The notes below the pieces were generated by a model. It saw only the letters and a program-made list of their open reading frames with translations. It was not told the DNA's origin and did not search any database. DNA of 64,000 nucleotides, taken from Psammoneis japonica. Its lineage: Eukaryota. Positions 1 through 11,879 of the stretch are shown here, one piece after another. The stretch lies in NCBI GenBank assembly GCA_008632985.1, contig QPGO01000008.1:228979-292978 (forward strand), given 5' to 3'. The translations under genes were made by a program, and so were the position numbers. Position 1 is the stretch's first letter; every line of letters starts with the position of its first letter.

Positions 1-9
1 TAAGAGCAT

Positions 10-2054
10 CTACAGGCGTCCCTCCAAACTGTGCGTAGTTTTCAATACCGTAACCCTGATAATCTTTATCTCGGCAATATGATAAGAGATAGTTGGGTTC
101 AATATCAAAGACATCACAGTACGGAGGAAACTGAGTTTGGTCGACAGCATTGAAATCATAAGCGTGAGAGATGTAGTGAAATCGCCACAGCTTTTAAAAA
201 CACGTTTGGTACAATTCACTTACAGTCCCCGTCAGAACTTTGTATGTACAGCATGTGAATCTTTCGTTGACAGCTCCAACTGGATTTGCCAGGGTGTGCA
301 TAAACGATCGTTCACTAATAAATCCCTCATCCATCCGACAACCAACCATGCATCCGGCTTGGTTGTATCCTGGTGGGGTAGCTTCAATCAAGTCAGCCCA
401 CTTTGAGCACGGGTACTTGTCACAGTTGGGATGATTTGAAGTCCGACCACCATGGAAGTACTCGTCTGCAAGAGCAAATAACGAGTGACCCAGCTCATGA
501 ACTGCAACCAAAGCGCCGTCGGGATGAAGGGTAGTGGAAGCAACATTATCTCGGGCATATCCGGCGCCGCCGTATCTGTCTTCATTGTGCACCACAATGG
601 TCTGTAGGGATGAAGATGCCGGCATGCATTTGTCCGCAAGCAGTCTGGTCACCTTTAGATCACAACCTGTGAACGCAACAAACAGCAAAAGTAACATTAC
701 ATGAATGAGATGGCGCTTATGGAAAAGAATTCAGGTGATTCTCTCCACTTCAAGGCACTTACACAACCTGCGATGTTAACAAACAGCAACAAAGAAGTCA
801 CGAGTTAGAAATTTGCAGAAGGACTACTACTTTTCCGTCCCTCCATGTGTTGGGCTACTTACAGTCGAGCTATGCCTAGGCAGTTGAAAACGCAAAACTT
901 GGGATCAAAACTGCTAGGATCAATGAAGAACATGTTCACGTTCGAGTGGTTGTACATGTTGTATCCTTTGAAAACATTTGCTGTCTTATTCACTTCGTGT
1001 CTCCATTTCTCAGAGTCAGAAGTGTCAAAAGCTGAAGGGACAAACACAAGATTTACCTTTCCCACATCGAGCCGAGTCCCGAAATCGTGTTTGATGGGAA
1101 AGCATTCCGGCGATGCCATACAAACACCGCTGCGACACGTTTTTGACATACACCTTTCGTCCGAAGTACATGGTAAGCCGGTACCTAACAAGGACATTTC
1201 ATCAAGAGGTGCCGTTGGCTTCAGTGTTGGAGCAGCTGGTGGTGCAGTGGTCGTTTCATTGTCGGGGCTTCTGTAGTAGGAATCGGTGTTGGGCTTTGCG
1301 TCGGGCTCGGTGTTGGGCTTCGCGTCGGAGTCGCTGAGGGACTTCGTGAGGGGGATAAAGTTGGAGCCTTTGTTGGCATGAGCGTAGGTTTTCCTGTTGG
1401 TGTCGAGTTTGGTGGTACCGCTGGAATGATCTGTGTAGGTTCCGGGGACATGCTAGGCCCATTACTAGGGTGTTCAGTACGGGGCTGTCGCGAAGGTACT
1501 GTTGTTGGCGCAGCCGTAGGATTGAAGTTTGGGGAAAAAGTTGGGCTTTCTGTGGAATCATGTTGTGGTGATGATTTCGTAGAATAGGTTTCCGTAGAGC
1601 AATAACCTGGGCGATTTGCCTCGCTCGCCCGACACCACTTTTCACACCTGACTTTGAGCTCGATGCTAATATCTTTGTCAAAACAACCTTTTCGTTCGCA
1701 CTTGTTGCATTGCTCTACCTTGCAACTAGCTACTGCTTTGCATCCCCATTTTAAACATTTCAGGTTTTCTTCTTTTTTCGAGCTGAAGCAGCCTAAGTTC
1801 AAGCACGTGCGACATCGAACCCGTTGACATCGTAGAGAAGAATAGCAATTCCACTCCCCTCTGCATTTTCTGGCGTCAACGATGTAAGCTCTGTTGTAGC
1901 ATCCCTTGCTCAAGCATTTTGTGCACTTGTGCACCGAATCATTATCTCCGCTGGAAGATTCACTGATCTCTGGATCATGGGGCTTTGAGTTTGTGAATCC
2001 ATAGTGGCTCCCGAAAAAAATAAGAACAACAAGCTCAAGAACAAAAAGTTTCAT
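10..2054 (-). CDS. Secreted zinc metallopeptidase, peptidase M64-like, with Cys-rich N-terminus and Pro/Thr/Ser linker; multi-exon, 3' end uncertain
   Basis: Signal peptide MKLFVLELVVLIFF, PT repeats and the HELGHSLFALADEY zinc-binding motif. GT-AG introns at 768-862 and 667-762, plus another donor near 222. Apparent frameshift near 1260. Confidence 0.7.
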
Positions 2055-2738
2055 ATTGCTGGTTTCGTATTGGCTTCAAAGCTAAGACACCATACATCAG
2101 CATGCTAGCAACAACGACGTCTTCTTGGAGATGGCTTTTGCTCTTCCCACTCTTCGACCGGGTGAGGCAAACCCAAAGCGAAGAAAAATGGCTGAGTGCG
2201 ACCGTCGAGAGCTAGCGATCGATTATTTAACAGCTGTTTCTTCACTGTGCTTTCTATCATTTAACAACCAATGACCAATCGAAAAAGCAAAGTGTTTATA
2301 TTTTTAGTATAATTAGGAAAGACGACATTTGTAGGTTCTAACCCTTACATGCCTTTTTACGATTGCGTGAATAGATTTAGTGTCATGGGTCATTGTCGGG
2401 AGACAAAAGCCGTACCGGTACATACATACAACTTTAAACTGCATCGGTACAATATCCTCATACATCTGCCGCAGGCTACATCGAGGTGGCGAAACATTAC
2501 GCATGTGGGCGTAAAAAAAAAAAAGCATTGCATTGGGCGCCGGTGCATCTACTTTCTACCATTACTCTACTCTAGCTAGATCCTACGTTTCGACTTGTGA
2601 CCAATGACGTACTGTTCAAAATTCTGTAGGAGGACCAATTTTCCATTTTTTTGGGATAGCAGTTATAGAACTAAAACCTTGTAGATAGCCTTTTCAAATC
2701 GCCATCACTCCAACGTAACGAGAGAGCAATAAAAGACC

Positions 2739-4217
2739 CTACTCTATTAGTTCTACTTGAGTAAAGTCGTGGTCAGACATGACACCCCCACGTTGTGCGT
2801 ATGCCTTGAAATCAGCCATGCGCTTTTGTACAAAGGGAGAGGCTCGACCACCAATTTGATCAACCATTTCAATCCCTCGATAAGGAATCAGTGGCGTCAT
2901 GGGCCACTGCTTTCTCATTGCAATGTGAAGTTCCATGGCGGTCAGTAACTGTGGACTTGGCAGATCGAATTCAACAGCTCTTGTATCGTTGTCAACCGCA
3001 TCATACTTTCTGTTTGCTCCACCCAGTCGTCCCTTTTTACCCAGCCGTCGATAATTCTTGTTTGGTAAATGTAAAACGGTAAGTGATCCAAACTTGTCAA
3101 GCGGCAGTACTTGTTGGACATTGCAATGGCGTTTTCCATACAACATGTTGGATGACATCCACACCCGCTGTGTCCCCTCGGATGGTTGAGATGGCTTGTT
3201 CTTCAATCCGGGTCGATCCCTGACTACATCAAACTGGCATCCTTCTCGTTCTTTCCATTGTTCCAATAGAAAGCGTGTTGCCAAGAACATTCCCTGGTGA
3301 TGATTTGTCATGGTCACGTGCGTATGCCCCAACCCTGGTGCCAATGGTTCAACGCCGTCAATAGATTTAGGTATGGGCGGTTTCCAAGAGTGCTCCCAAT
3401 AGACTCTCGTCACATTTTGCGTAGCATGCCTGGTCTTGTCATTAATGACAATGTCGGGCGGAAAATTGTATTCGTACCGAACAATACCGACATTGTAGTC
3501 TGCACTCCTTTTCAAATCACCGCCCAGCATTTCTTGGATACGACATGTTTCAATGAGGTACGATGCGACTGTGGTGGGCGTGACTCGGATGTCATCTTCG
3601 GTGTATATAAACAAATCGAAATGTTGTAGCTCTGAATAGAATAGCGGCCGATGAAAGTCCACCAAATGCAATCGAACACTTGGCGATTTCAACACGATTT
3701 GCAAATCAAAGCCCGATTTAGGCTGTGACGGATTGGTGCAAGTCAAGCGTGAATTGAGCAAATCAATAAGTGGTACCGGAAAAGGTACAGTTGTGTGAAT
3801 CACCACCTTGACGTAAGCGCCGGCAAAACACAAGTCAAAGTATCCGTCAAGGACTTCCTCCAGATGTGGTAATTGAGAAAAATCATAAGCCGCAATTGCC
3901 ACCAATATCCGGACTCCATCCAATACAGATTTATTCTCTGCGACTTGCTGCTCTTGTTGCTTCTCAACCGCCACCCGTGTAATATCTATAGAGCTACCTG
4001 GCGCCATTCCTACAGCATTACTTGTACTTCTATGCAGTCCAGGATGTTGCTGAGCGAGCGAACTGGAATGATCGAGCGTCAGAATCTTGGCATTCAGTAT
4101 CAGCATGGAACTAACCGCACAACCGAGCAAGAAGCTTAGCAACAACCCAACTCTTCCCGTCTGTGGGATTTTCTTGGACGCATTCTTGGATCCAGATGAT
4201 CTTGATGAAACAGCCAT
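2739..4217 (-). CDS. Type II membrane protein, glycosyltransferase-like
   Basis: 492-aa ORF with an N-terminal TM anchor, a stem region and an FIYTEDDI DxD-like motif. Confidence 0.6.
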   Translation of the reverse strand: MAVSSRSSGSKNASKKIPQTGRVGLLLSFLLGCAVSSMLILNAKILTLDHSSSLAQQHPGLHRSTSNAVGMAPGSSIDITRVAVEKQQEQQVAENKSVLDGVRILVAIAAYDFSQLPHLEEVLDGYFDLCFAGAYVKVVIHTTVPFPVPLIDLLNSRLTCTNPSQPKSGFDLQIVLKSPSVRLHLVDFHRPLFYSELQHFDLFIYTEDDIRVTPTTVASYLIETCRIQEMLGGDLKRSADYNVGIVRYEYNFPPDIVINDKTRHATQNVTRVYWEHSWKPPIPKSIDGVEPLAPGLGHTHVTMTNHHQGMFLATRFLLEQWKEREGCQFDVVRDRPGLKNKPSQPSEGTQRVWMSSNMLYGKRHCNVQQVLPLDKFGSLTVLHLPNKNYRRLGKKGRLGGANRKYDAVDNDTRAVEFDLPSPQLLTAMELHIAMRKQWPMTPLIPYRGIEMVDQIGGRASPFVQKRMADFKAYAQRGGVMSDHDFTQVELIE

Positions 4218-4903
4218 GGCACGTAATACTTCAGACTTCAGCGGGTGATGGCTGCTGCCGGTGTCATTGTGTTACGCTCGCATACTGTAGCTTTTCTCAT
4301 TCTGCCGGAGGGGCGTCTGTCGTCGCGCGTTCTCGAGCTAGACTAGAAATACCGGTACTCTAGAGTGAAGGCCCTAGTAGTAGATAGCTGCTACTCTATA
4401 CCTTACAGTGTATTGAAATGACCAGAATATACTCTCTAGCTAGAGAAGAGAAGAGACAATAATGCCAAACGGAAACTTTGCTCTATTGGCGGTCAATCGT
4501 AGTGTAGCGGGACGCAGGTTATATGTGCTCACAAAGCACCAGCATGATAAGTCGACATTGGTTAATCAAGCAGTCGCAGATAGATATAGAGATTCTCTCG
4601 AGCCCTGCACTGTCTGAGAATGGTAGTTTGTCAATACTTATAACACCATCCATCACCCATCGTGCTTGCGCTTTTGTTTTCAACGTCTACGTCTTGATGA
4701 TTCTGTTTGACTGATCCACTGAAACAGACGAAAGGAAGAGCAAAAGAACATTTTCAGCTCAACCGAGTCCCTATTGTCAATCTTCACCATCGTAGCTTTC
4801 CGATTCCTTCATTACGACAGGAACGGGATGATTCATGGTGGAATACATAATGTCACTGAATGCTGAAGGCAACAAGCTCATGGCAGGGATGCTGAATTTT
4901 GAA

Positions 4904-6134
4904 TCAAGACCAATGATATAGTCTGCCGGAATGGTTCGACTCATTAATGCATCCATCATCTTTTGGACTACAACCTCCGTTTTCCAGGTTGTCGCCTCGG
5001 TAAAATCTGCCATGGCGTCGATGGCCTTGCGATAATCTATAAATGGAAAATAATAAAAGAGCGAGTAGTAAGAAACAGCATAGAAAGCATGAGCAATCCT
5101 TCATAGTAGGACTAGGCATTCTCTTACCTTCACCATCCTCTTGCCGTGTGTTCTCTGGCAATGAATCCCACTCTGATTCTAAAGTGTCACGAACAGCGGT
5201 ACAGCCATGGCGGTGCCATGAAACGACGGGCAGATTGCGGAAACTTGAATCGAAAACGGACGAAGTTCGGAACGTAATCCATTAGAGAATACAACTGCAG
5301 CATGTTTGGAGGCACCATAAGATACCATTGTGGGAAGGGGATCACCTTTCCCCGCAATATTAGCAGTATTCAGGATGCGGGCGCCAAGGTGCTTTTTGCG
5401 AATCGCTTGTGTTTTCAGTATAGGCAAAAAGGGCTTGCAACATCGAATGATACCGAGATAGTTGACTGAGAAAGCATAACAAGAGACATATCAAATATTA
5501 GTAATATGATATCTTTCGCATTTCCTCTTAAGGCCACAGTAGTTGATATCCTTACCATTCATTGTCTGTTCAAAAACTGAAACGTTCGTCCAGTCCAATT
5601 TCGAAGGCAAACCAATACCAGCATTATTGCAGCGCGCTTGAAGAACTCGCTTGTTTGTTGCATTCGAATCTTCAATCCACGCCGTTACAACATCAACTAC
5701 TTTTTTGATTTCCTCGTCACTCGTGACATTCATTTTCAACGGGGTAATGCGAGGTGACAGTCCAAAGTGAGCAAAGGACTCTTGTTTCAAACAACCTGCA
5801 AAAACAATGAAACCAGCATCTGCTGCCCAGAACGCCAGCTCTTTTCCAAAACCAGAGTCGCAACCACTAATGACCACCGCAAATTCAGTCTCTTTGTTGT
5901 TCTTGGGGTCGTAAAAGCTTCGACCGCTCATGCCAATCGCTCACAAAAGTACATTCCCTCATGCCAATCGCTCACAAAAGTACATTCCAGATCGCCCGCA
6001 ATTGCAGAAACATTGCGGCAATGGGAGTGGATAGCATCAGAAAGATACTCCAGAAAAGCCCATGCGCAAGACTTTCAAAGGGCTCTTTGTGCACAAGAGC
6101 ATTGATTCGATGAAGGAACGGCCCCCCCTGTCAT
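4904..6134 (-). pseudogene. Short-chain dehydrogenase/reductase (17-beta-HSD/retinol dehydrogenase-like), disrupted
   Basis: ISGCDSGFG, NNAG and YGASK motifs. Intron near 5470-5555. A 31-bp tandem duplication at 5927-5988 shifts the frame, and the 3' part is fragmented. Ends are approximate. Confidence 0.6.
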
Positions 6135-6540
6135 GGTGCAATTGAGTTTTTGTGTTGATGATGATGTTGATGATTTCTTTTGCGCGATCTTTCGCGTTTT
6201 GAAGTTATTCATTCACGAAGCTTATGAATGATACAAAGATACGACGCCAGCGTCCGTCCGTCTGTCACAACCAGGATCAACGAGTTATCTACACTCTAAT
6301 AAAGTGAAGGACTCCATTCTGCTTTCTTTGAAGGAGTCTATTATTTAGTCATCCGTGTTTGATTTCACCAAAAAATGTGAAGTAGCAGTGAAGAACCAAA
6401 ACACATAGTACCAGTAGCAAAAGCCTGCTTTGATCAAGACATTAGGCCGGTTCTGGCAATCGCGGGCACAGCAATCCTGAGTGGCGTCCGAGGATAAGAT
6501 ATCGTTTGCCCAACACCAACCCGGCACGTACGCGATTGCT

Positions 6541-7306
6541 TCACAAGGCTCCGCACGCCGCAATGGTAGGCGGGCCCATTCGTTGTCGAGCCATGGCGTG
6601 CAGCGTGGGAAGAGAACCTTCTTCCAACCTTCCAATCACGGCACTATTTAACAAGAGGCGTTCTCTCCACTCTTGGGGCGATTCACCGACTCGGACAATA
6701 GAAAAACGGCTGCTCCCCCCCGCCCGGTCCTAAGATGGGTATTGTTAAACAAACGCCTGGGTACTCGTTTGGATCATACACATCTCCATAGTACTGGCCA
6801 CCAAAGCATGAATGAGTACAGGCACGTTGCTCTTCTGGTTCCGAAATTGCTTCCATCGGACGACCCACGGCATTTCGACCCTTCCCCTTGAGCACGTGTC
6901 CCCATCGATACCGTCCCATCCCGTCCTCGATATAGTCTGGTGTATAGTCAAAGGCACAACCGATATAGGTCGCTAATGGATCAATGCCCTTGTTGTCACC
7001 ACGACACAACCTTACAAAATTCTCAGTGTGCAAAGGCAGTGGCGACGGAATTGTCAAGTCAAAGACTAGCCGACCCAAGGGAGTACCTTGCACTTCAATG
7101 TCAAGGTAAACTTTTGAAGGTAGCGTTGGTGGCGAATCCTTACCCCGAGCAGTACTGAATAAAGGCAGAGACCGATCCACGACATTTTGCACCGCAAATC
7201 CCGAAGTCTGCATCAAGAATCCGTCACTGAACCACAGCGTTAATAAAACAGGCAGAAACGAAAGGAGATTAATTCTCAACGCGCCGGCTTGTCTCGTGGG
7301 CATCAT
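6541..7306 (-). CDS. Cyclophilin-like protein, probably plastid-targeted
   Basis: KVYLDIEVQGTPLGRLVFDL and ENFVRLC match the cyclophilin N-terminus, preceded by a signal peptide. A frameshift in the C-run near 6720 extends the ORF to a stop at about 6541. Confidence 0.7.
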
Positions 7307-7583
7307 GGTTATAGACTACAGAAGGTATGCAGGGCTAAACGCTACTGCAGAACCAAAGTCGACGTTGATGTGTTGATGTGCGTGTTTGCGATGCTGATGT
7401 TTTTTGAGCTGTGTGACAGACAGACAGACAGACAGACTGCGACAGCAAACGAATATCTTTTTTGACGCGACACGCGACACTCTGTTTGAGAAGCCTCTCT
7501 GCTTTGACCTTTGACCTTTGATACAGTTGACGACAAACCTCATGCTTCTGTTCTCTGAGCTTGCAACAGCAAAAGAAAAAAGA

Positions 7584-8233
7584 ATGAGTGGTGATGATGA
7601 AGGCACTCCGTTACTCGTTGGCGCAGAAGCAGTGGTCTTTGTAGAGACCGTTGACGACATCAAGCGCAACTATTGCTTGATTGGTACAGTGGGAGTATGG
7701 AATGTTCTCTTTGGTGTGGCTTGCCTAATGTATCCCGTCCTTGCTAGTCATGCCGTAGAATTTGCGCTTTCCATCACCGTCTTTGTGTCTGGTATCTTTC
7801 ATTTGGTGTCAGTTCTATGCGGGGACCGAGGCCCACGCCGTCACTTTTTCGTGCTTGGAATTGTTCAAGTGATTCTGGGCTGCGTCATGTACGCTCATCC
7901 ATTTGAAACGCTCTACTTTTGACGATCTTTATTGCCTTCATGTACATGTCATTCGGATCCTATGAGATTGGCATGGCTCAGGCAAACACCAACACTGCAG
8001 CACGGGGCTTGACCATCCTTTCTGGTTTCATGTCTATCTTTATCAGTGTATTTATTCTCGTCTGGCTGCCCATTTCTTCGCTGCTCGCTGTCGGGGTCTT
8101 GCTGGGCGTCAATCATTTGAACGTTGGAATCTCTCGTATTGTCGTGTCATGCTACGGGCGAAGCCTCTCGCGAAACGCAGAGCTAGCAGCAACGGAAGAG
8201 AACGTCACCTTTATGCCAGCGTGGATGGTCTAA
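7584..8233 (+). CDS. HdeD/DUF308-like multi-pass membrane protein
   Basis: Two overlapping hydrophobic ORFs joined by a frameshift in a T-run near 7920, about six TM segments. Confidence 0.6.
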
Positions 8234-8505
8234 CGTGGGGACACTTCGTGGAAACGATGCGATTAGAGAATCAAACCACATGGACGTATGTTTCTGTGTA
8301 TAGGTAGTAGTACATACATTTTAAAAAAAGGTAGTCAATGCATATCTTAATGGATTATGTTGTAATGACTTGTTGCAGCTTTTAGTGCGTCGACAGCTAC
8401 ACATGTGGGATTTTTGTAGGCGGCTAAGGTACGGACGACAGCTGAAACAGAACCTAACGCGACACCATTCTAATGGATTCTATGTTATAGCTTTTCGGGG
8501 CTTGA

Positions 8506-9566
8506 TTAGTTCCAACTCAAGGCCGAACGCTCCTGCCAATAAGCTTCACTGTTGACGACACAACTCGTCATTATCTCCTCCAGCAACGCTGTATCTTGCT
8601 TCAATTTCTCCGACAAGCTCAATGCTTCAAAATTGGACTCTAACTGCTCGGTTGTTACTGCACCAGACAAAACTCGTGGCTCAAAAGATTGAGCCAAGAC
8701 AGTCGCTAGGGCCAGCTGGTCGGGTTTGCAATTCAATTGCGTCGCGTGTCTGATGAGACTTTTTTGCCGTAATGCCCTTCCATTTGCCAGCCCTTCCTTG
8801 ATAATGATATCCATACCCGCATCATGGGCCTCTTGAAGTGCCTCCTTTGGACGTTGTTCGAGTACATTGAATGTGCACTGAACACTATCAAAGAGTGGCT
8901 CATCGTTGTCATCACGGAGAGTGCGTGCTTGTCGCAGCACCTCATTCTGATTTGGTCCCGACACGGATAGTCCAAGCTTCCACCCACGTTCTTTTCGATA
9001 GCTGCTCAAAGCATTATGTACATTAGCATCGGACAATATTCCTGATTCAAAGGTCGCGGAATGAACTTGATAGAGATTGACATACTCACCCATCAAGTCA
9101 TCCGTTTCCTACAAAAATGTCAGTCAGATATCCCTTCATACAACTTTTGTAAAGGCTGGACAAACTTGATATTCACCTCTACGGAATGATCCTTGACTTC
9201 ATGAGGCTCCCCCTCACCCAGTTCCACATTCCAATCTGCAACGTACGTGTAACCCCATTTCGACGACACGTAAACCGAGTCGGGCGCAACTTTGTTGGAC
9301 CGAAGATATTCACCGACAAATTTCTCACTGAGTCCATATGATCTCGCACAGTCCAGCCAGGGGATAATGTTGTGCTCGCTACTAAGTACAAACAGTTGCT
9401 TCATCACCTCGTTCGATTGCTGCTGCATTGCGTCTATAGATCGATCTTCGCTGCTACCGAGAATGGAACTTCTGCCTAGATTTATGTATCCAGGACGACC
9501 AAGGGCCGCCATACCCAAACCAAGGCGTGGCAAGGCGGTAGTCGATGCAGTGCTAGCGGCAACCAT
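8506..9566 (-). CDS. Aldo-keto reductase
   Basis: LGLGMAALGRPGYINLG, DCARSYG, SSKWGY, YQVHSAT and LSGA motifs. One intron at about 9110-9176. Confidence 0.85.
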
Positions 9567-9824
9567 GGTGGTAATGGTTGCAATGAGCCGATTCCATGGA
9601 TTTTTTTTGGTGGCGCAAAAACGTCAGACCTCGTGTCTCGTGTGCGGGTGCCGCGGACCTCGTGTTCGAATCCTCCTCTTTTCTCTGCACACTCATTATC
9701 AATACCTCTCTACTCTAGAGTAGAACTAGATTAGAGAGAGTAGGCCTACTAGACTAGATCTTACAAAAAGTCAACAAACGTAGGAAAAGTTATTAAGTTA
9801 ACCACTTGAGTACAATCCAGCACT

Positions 9825-11534
9825 CTACCACGACCTCCACTCACAGAATGGACGTTTCGAGTGAGAATTCTCGTTTTCGTCCGTCACATCCTTGGCGGCA
9901 GCGGAGATGGAATCTTTGGACGCTCGAAAGACCAACGCGGCAGTGGTGCCGACGACGCCAATCGATGCAATGGCTTCCGCTCCGGTAAGGCCGGCAGCCA
10001 CCATGCCACCAAGAACTCCAACCTCTGTCCCCATTAAACCAACCACACCCGCAATGGCAAAGGGCATTGCAACCGTTGTGGCGACCGCTACACTTGTGCC
10101 GATAGCAAAGGTCTTGATCTTGCCCGAGCTGACGGCTCGAGGCATGCACGGGTCAAGACGCCAAAGCTCTCTTCCATTGGTGTTTTCATTATCGTCTTCC
10201 AAAAGAACTGTACATAGCTTTCCCCTGTCATCATGGTGATCATGAAATGACAAGATGCGATTGTGCTGTACAGACGTAAAGACATAACTTGATCCGTCAT
10301 TCTTCAACTCCATGTACCACAATTCAGGTTGGTCCTCATCTTTGTCGTTGTCAACATCGGCACCGATATAATACACATTGCCACTGCTGGAGGAACAAAG
10401 GTACTTTTGCTCATTGGAAGAGAACAACGTTACAACAGGAACGTCAGAGTCACTATCCATATCTACAGCGGCTAGCTGTTGTTCCACAAGCCAGTCATCC
10501 GTCTGTCGCTTGTTTTCGGTAACATAGGGAAAGGGCCCAAGCGTTTTGTCTACGCTCCCGCATGATAAATAGTATTTTTGGGAGTGTGCGGCCTCAAGTT
10601 GCCATATGGCACATGCTGGATGGTGGACTGCGCCGTCTTGCTCCGTCTCTTCCACTGTTGATAGAATCAACGATTCAATGTTGGTCCTGGCGTTGAGAGT
10701 TGTGGTGAAGCACAGCAATCGATTGGTCGAAGCTGATTTGATCACAACACCAGTCATGTCACAATCTCCAGTCTTTGATTTGGAAACTGCCCACTTGGTC
10801 CCTTCCTCTTGCAGCGGCTTGGTCGTTGTGTACACCTTGCCTTGATCATCGCAACAGAGATATTGGTTCTTGTGCATCCACGCCGAGATTCGCACATATC
10901 CGTCGCTTCCAGTTTCAATAAGTCGCCACACTTCCCATCCCTTCCAGTTCGGTGTCAATGAAAGCATTCCAAGCATGTCACACCTTAGTCGCTTGTCCAT
11001 TGCCGGTGAAGATATAAAGCACAATTCTCCCGAAACAAATTCAATCGTCCACAGAACTGATTGATTCTGCGTCTCCTCGGTATTCTCCTGATTCATGGGA
11101 ACAAGAGTTGTTTCTCCCCGATCATTATAAGATAGAACCATCTCCTCGTCGTCCTTGTTGTCGGTGGTTGCAATATAAAACGTATTCTCGTGATCGTCTT
11201 TCTGAGACTCTGACGGAATCAAACACCACCATGTACTGCTATCATCCTGTTCGGGTTGAATCGACTGTACGCTAAATGTTTCAGTCTCGTTATTGTAGAC
11301 TCGACTAAGTAGGGTATCAAACTTGGAGTTTCGGAGCTGAACTCGGTTCTCGTTAGGATGAGACAAGACAATAAATTCTTCTCGTTCTCCACGTTGCCTC
11401 GACACAACGACTCGGCCATTGCGATAAACGCACAGCCGACGATTCTTTGCCGCGGCGTCGTCAGTAGTTTTGCAATGAATAAAACACCGCGGAGGCTGCT
11501 CCAAGCACGGAAAACGTTTCTGTGTGTTTCTCAT
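9825..11534 (-). CDS. Beta-trefoil (fascin/ricin-B-like) repeat protein with a hydrophobic Gly/Ala-rich C-terminal segment
   Basis: Repeated YL..D..G.V / E.W patterns. The likely start is MRNTQ at 11534; the ORF is open to 11840. Confidence 0.55.
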   Translation of the reverse strand: MRNTQKRFPCLEQPPRCFIHCKTTDDAAAKNRRLCVYRNGRVVVSRQRGEREEFIVLSHPNENRVQLRNSKFDTLLSRVYNNETETFSVQSIQPEQDDSSTWWCLIPSESQKDDHENTFYIATTDNKDDEEMVLSYNDRGETTLVPMNQENTEETQNQSVLWTIEFVSGELCFISSPAMDKRLRCDMLGMLSLTPNWKGWEVWRLIETGSDGYVRISAWMHKNQYLCCDDQGKVYTTTKPLQEEGTKWAVSKSKTGDCDMTGVVIKSASTNRLLCFTTTLNARTNIESLILSTVEETEQDGAVHHPACAIWQLEAAHSQKYYLSCGSVDKTLGPFPYVTENKRQTDDWLVEQQLAAVDMDSDSDVPVVTLFSSNEQKYLCSSSSGNVYYIGADVDNDKDEDQPELWYMELKNDGSSYVFTSVQHNRILSFHDHHDDRGKLCTVLLEDDNENTNGRELWRLDPCMPRAVSSGKIKTFAIGTSVAVATTVAMPFAIAGVVGLMGTEVGVLGGMVAAGLTGAEAIASIGVVGTTAALVFRASKDSISAAAKDVTDENENSHSKRPFCEWRSW

Positions 11535-11879
11535 GGCGTCGATAGAGGAAGAGAAAACGACGAGACGACAAGTTCTGCAGCCGTCATTTTGTGCATCCCA
11601 TGATGCTAGCTCTTTTTCTTTTTTTTTTTTTTTTCGTTCATTCACAGCAAGAAGTGATGACGTGAGCGAGGACGCCACGCAAGTTTGATGCAAGTGTGAC
11701 GTCATGAAACAATCGATTGAATCATACTTGAGTCGTGACATGCCTGTTTGAGTCGTGACTACCACTTGATTGAGAAGCGAGATGCGATGGGATGCGAGGC
11801 TTCTCAATCGTTCGGCGTCCGCTGATGATGCCTCTCTCATGTTACAAACAACAACACACCTGCAGCAACAGCATTGAAC

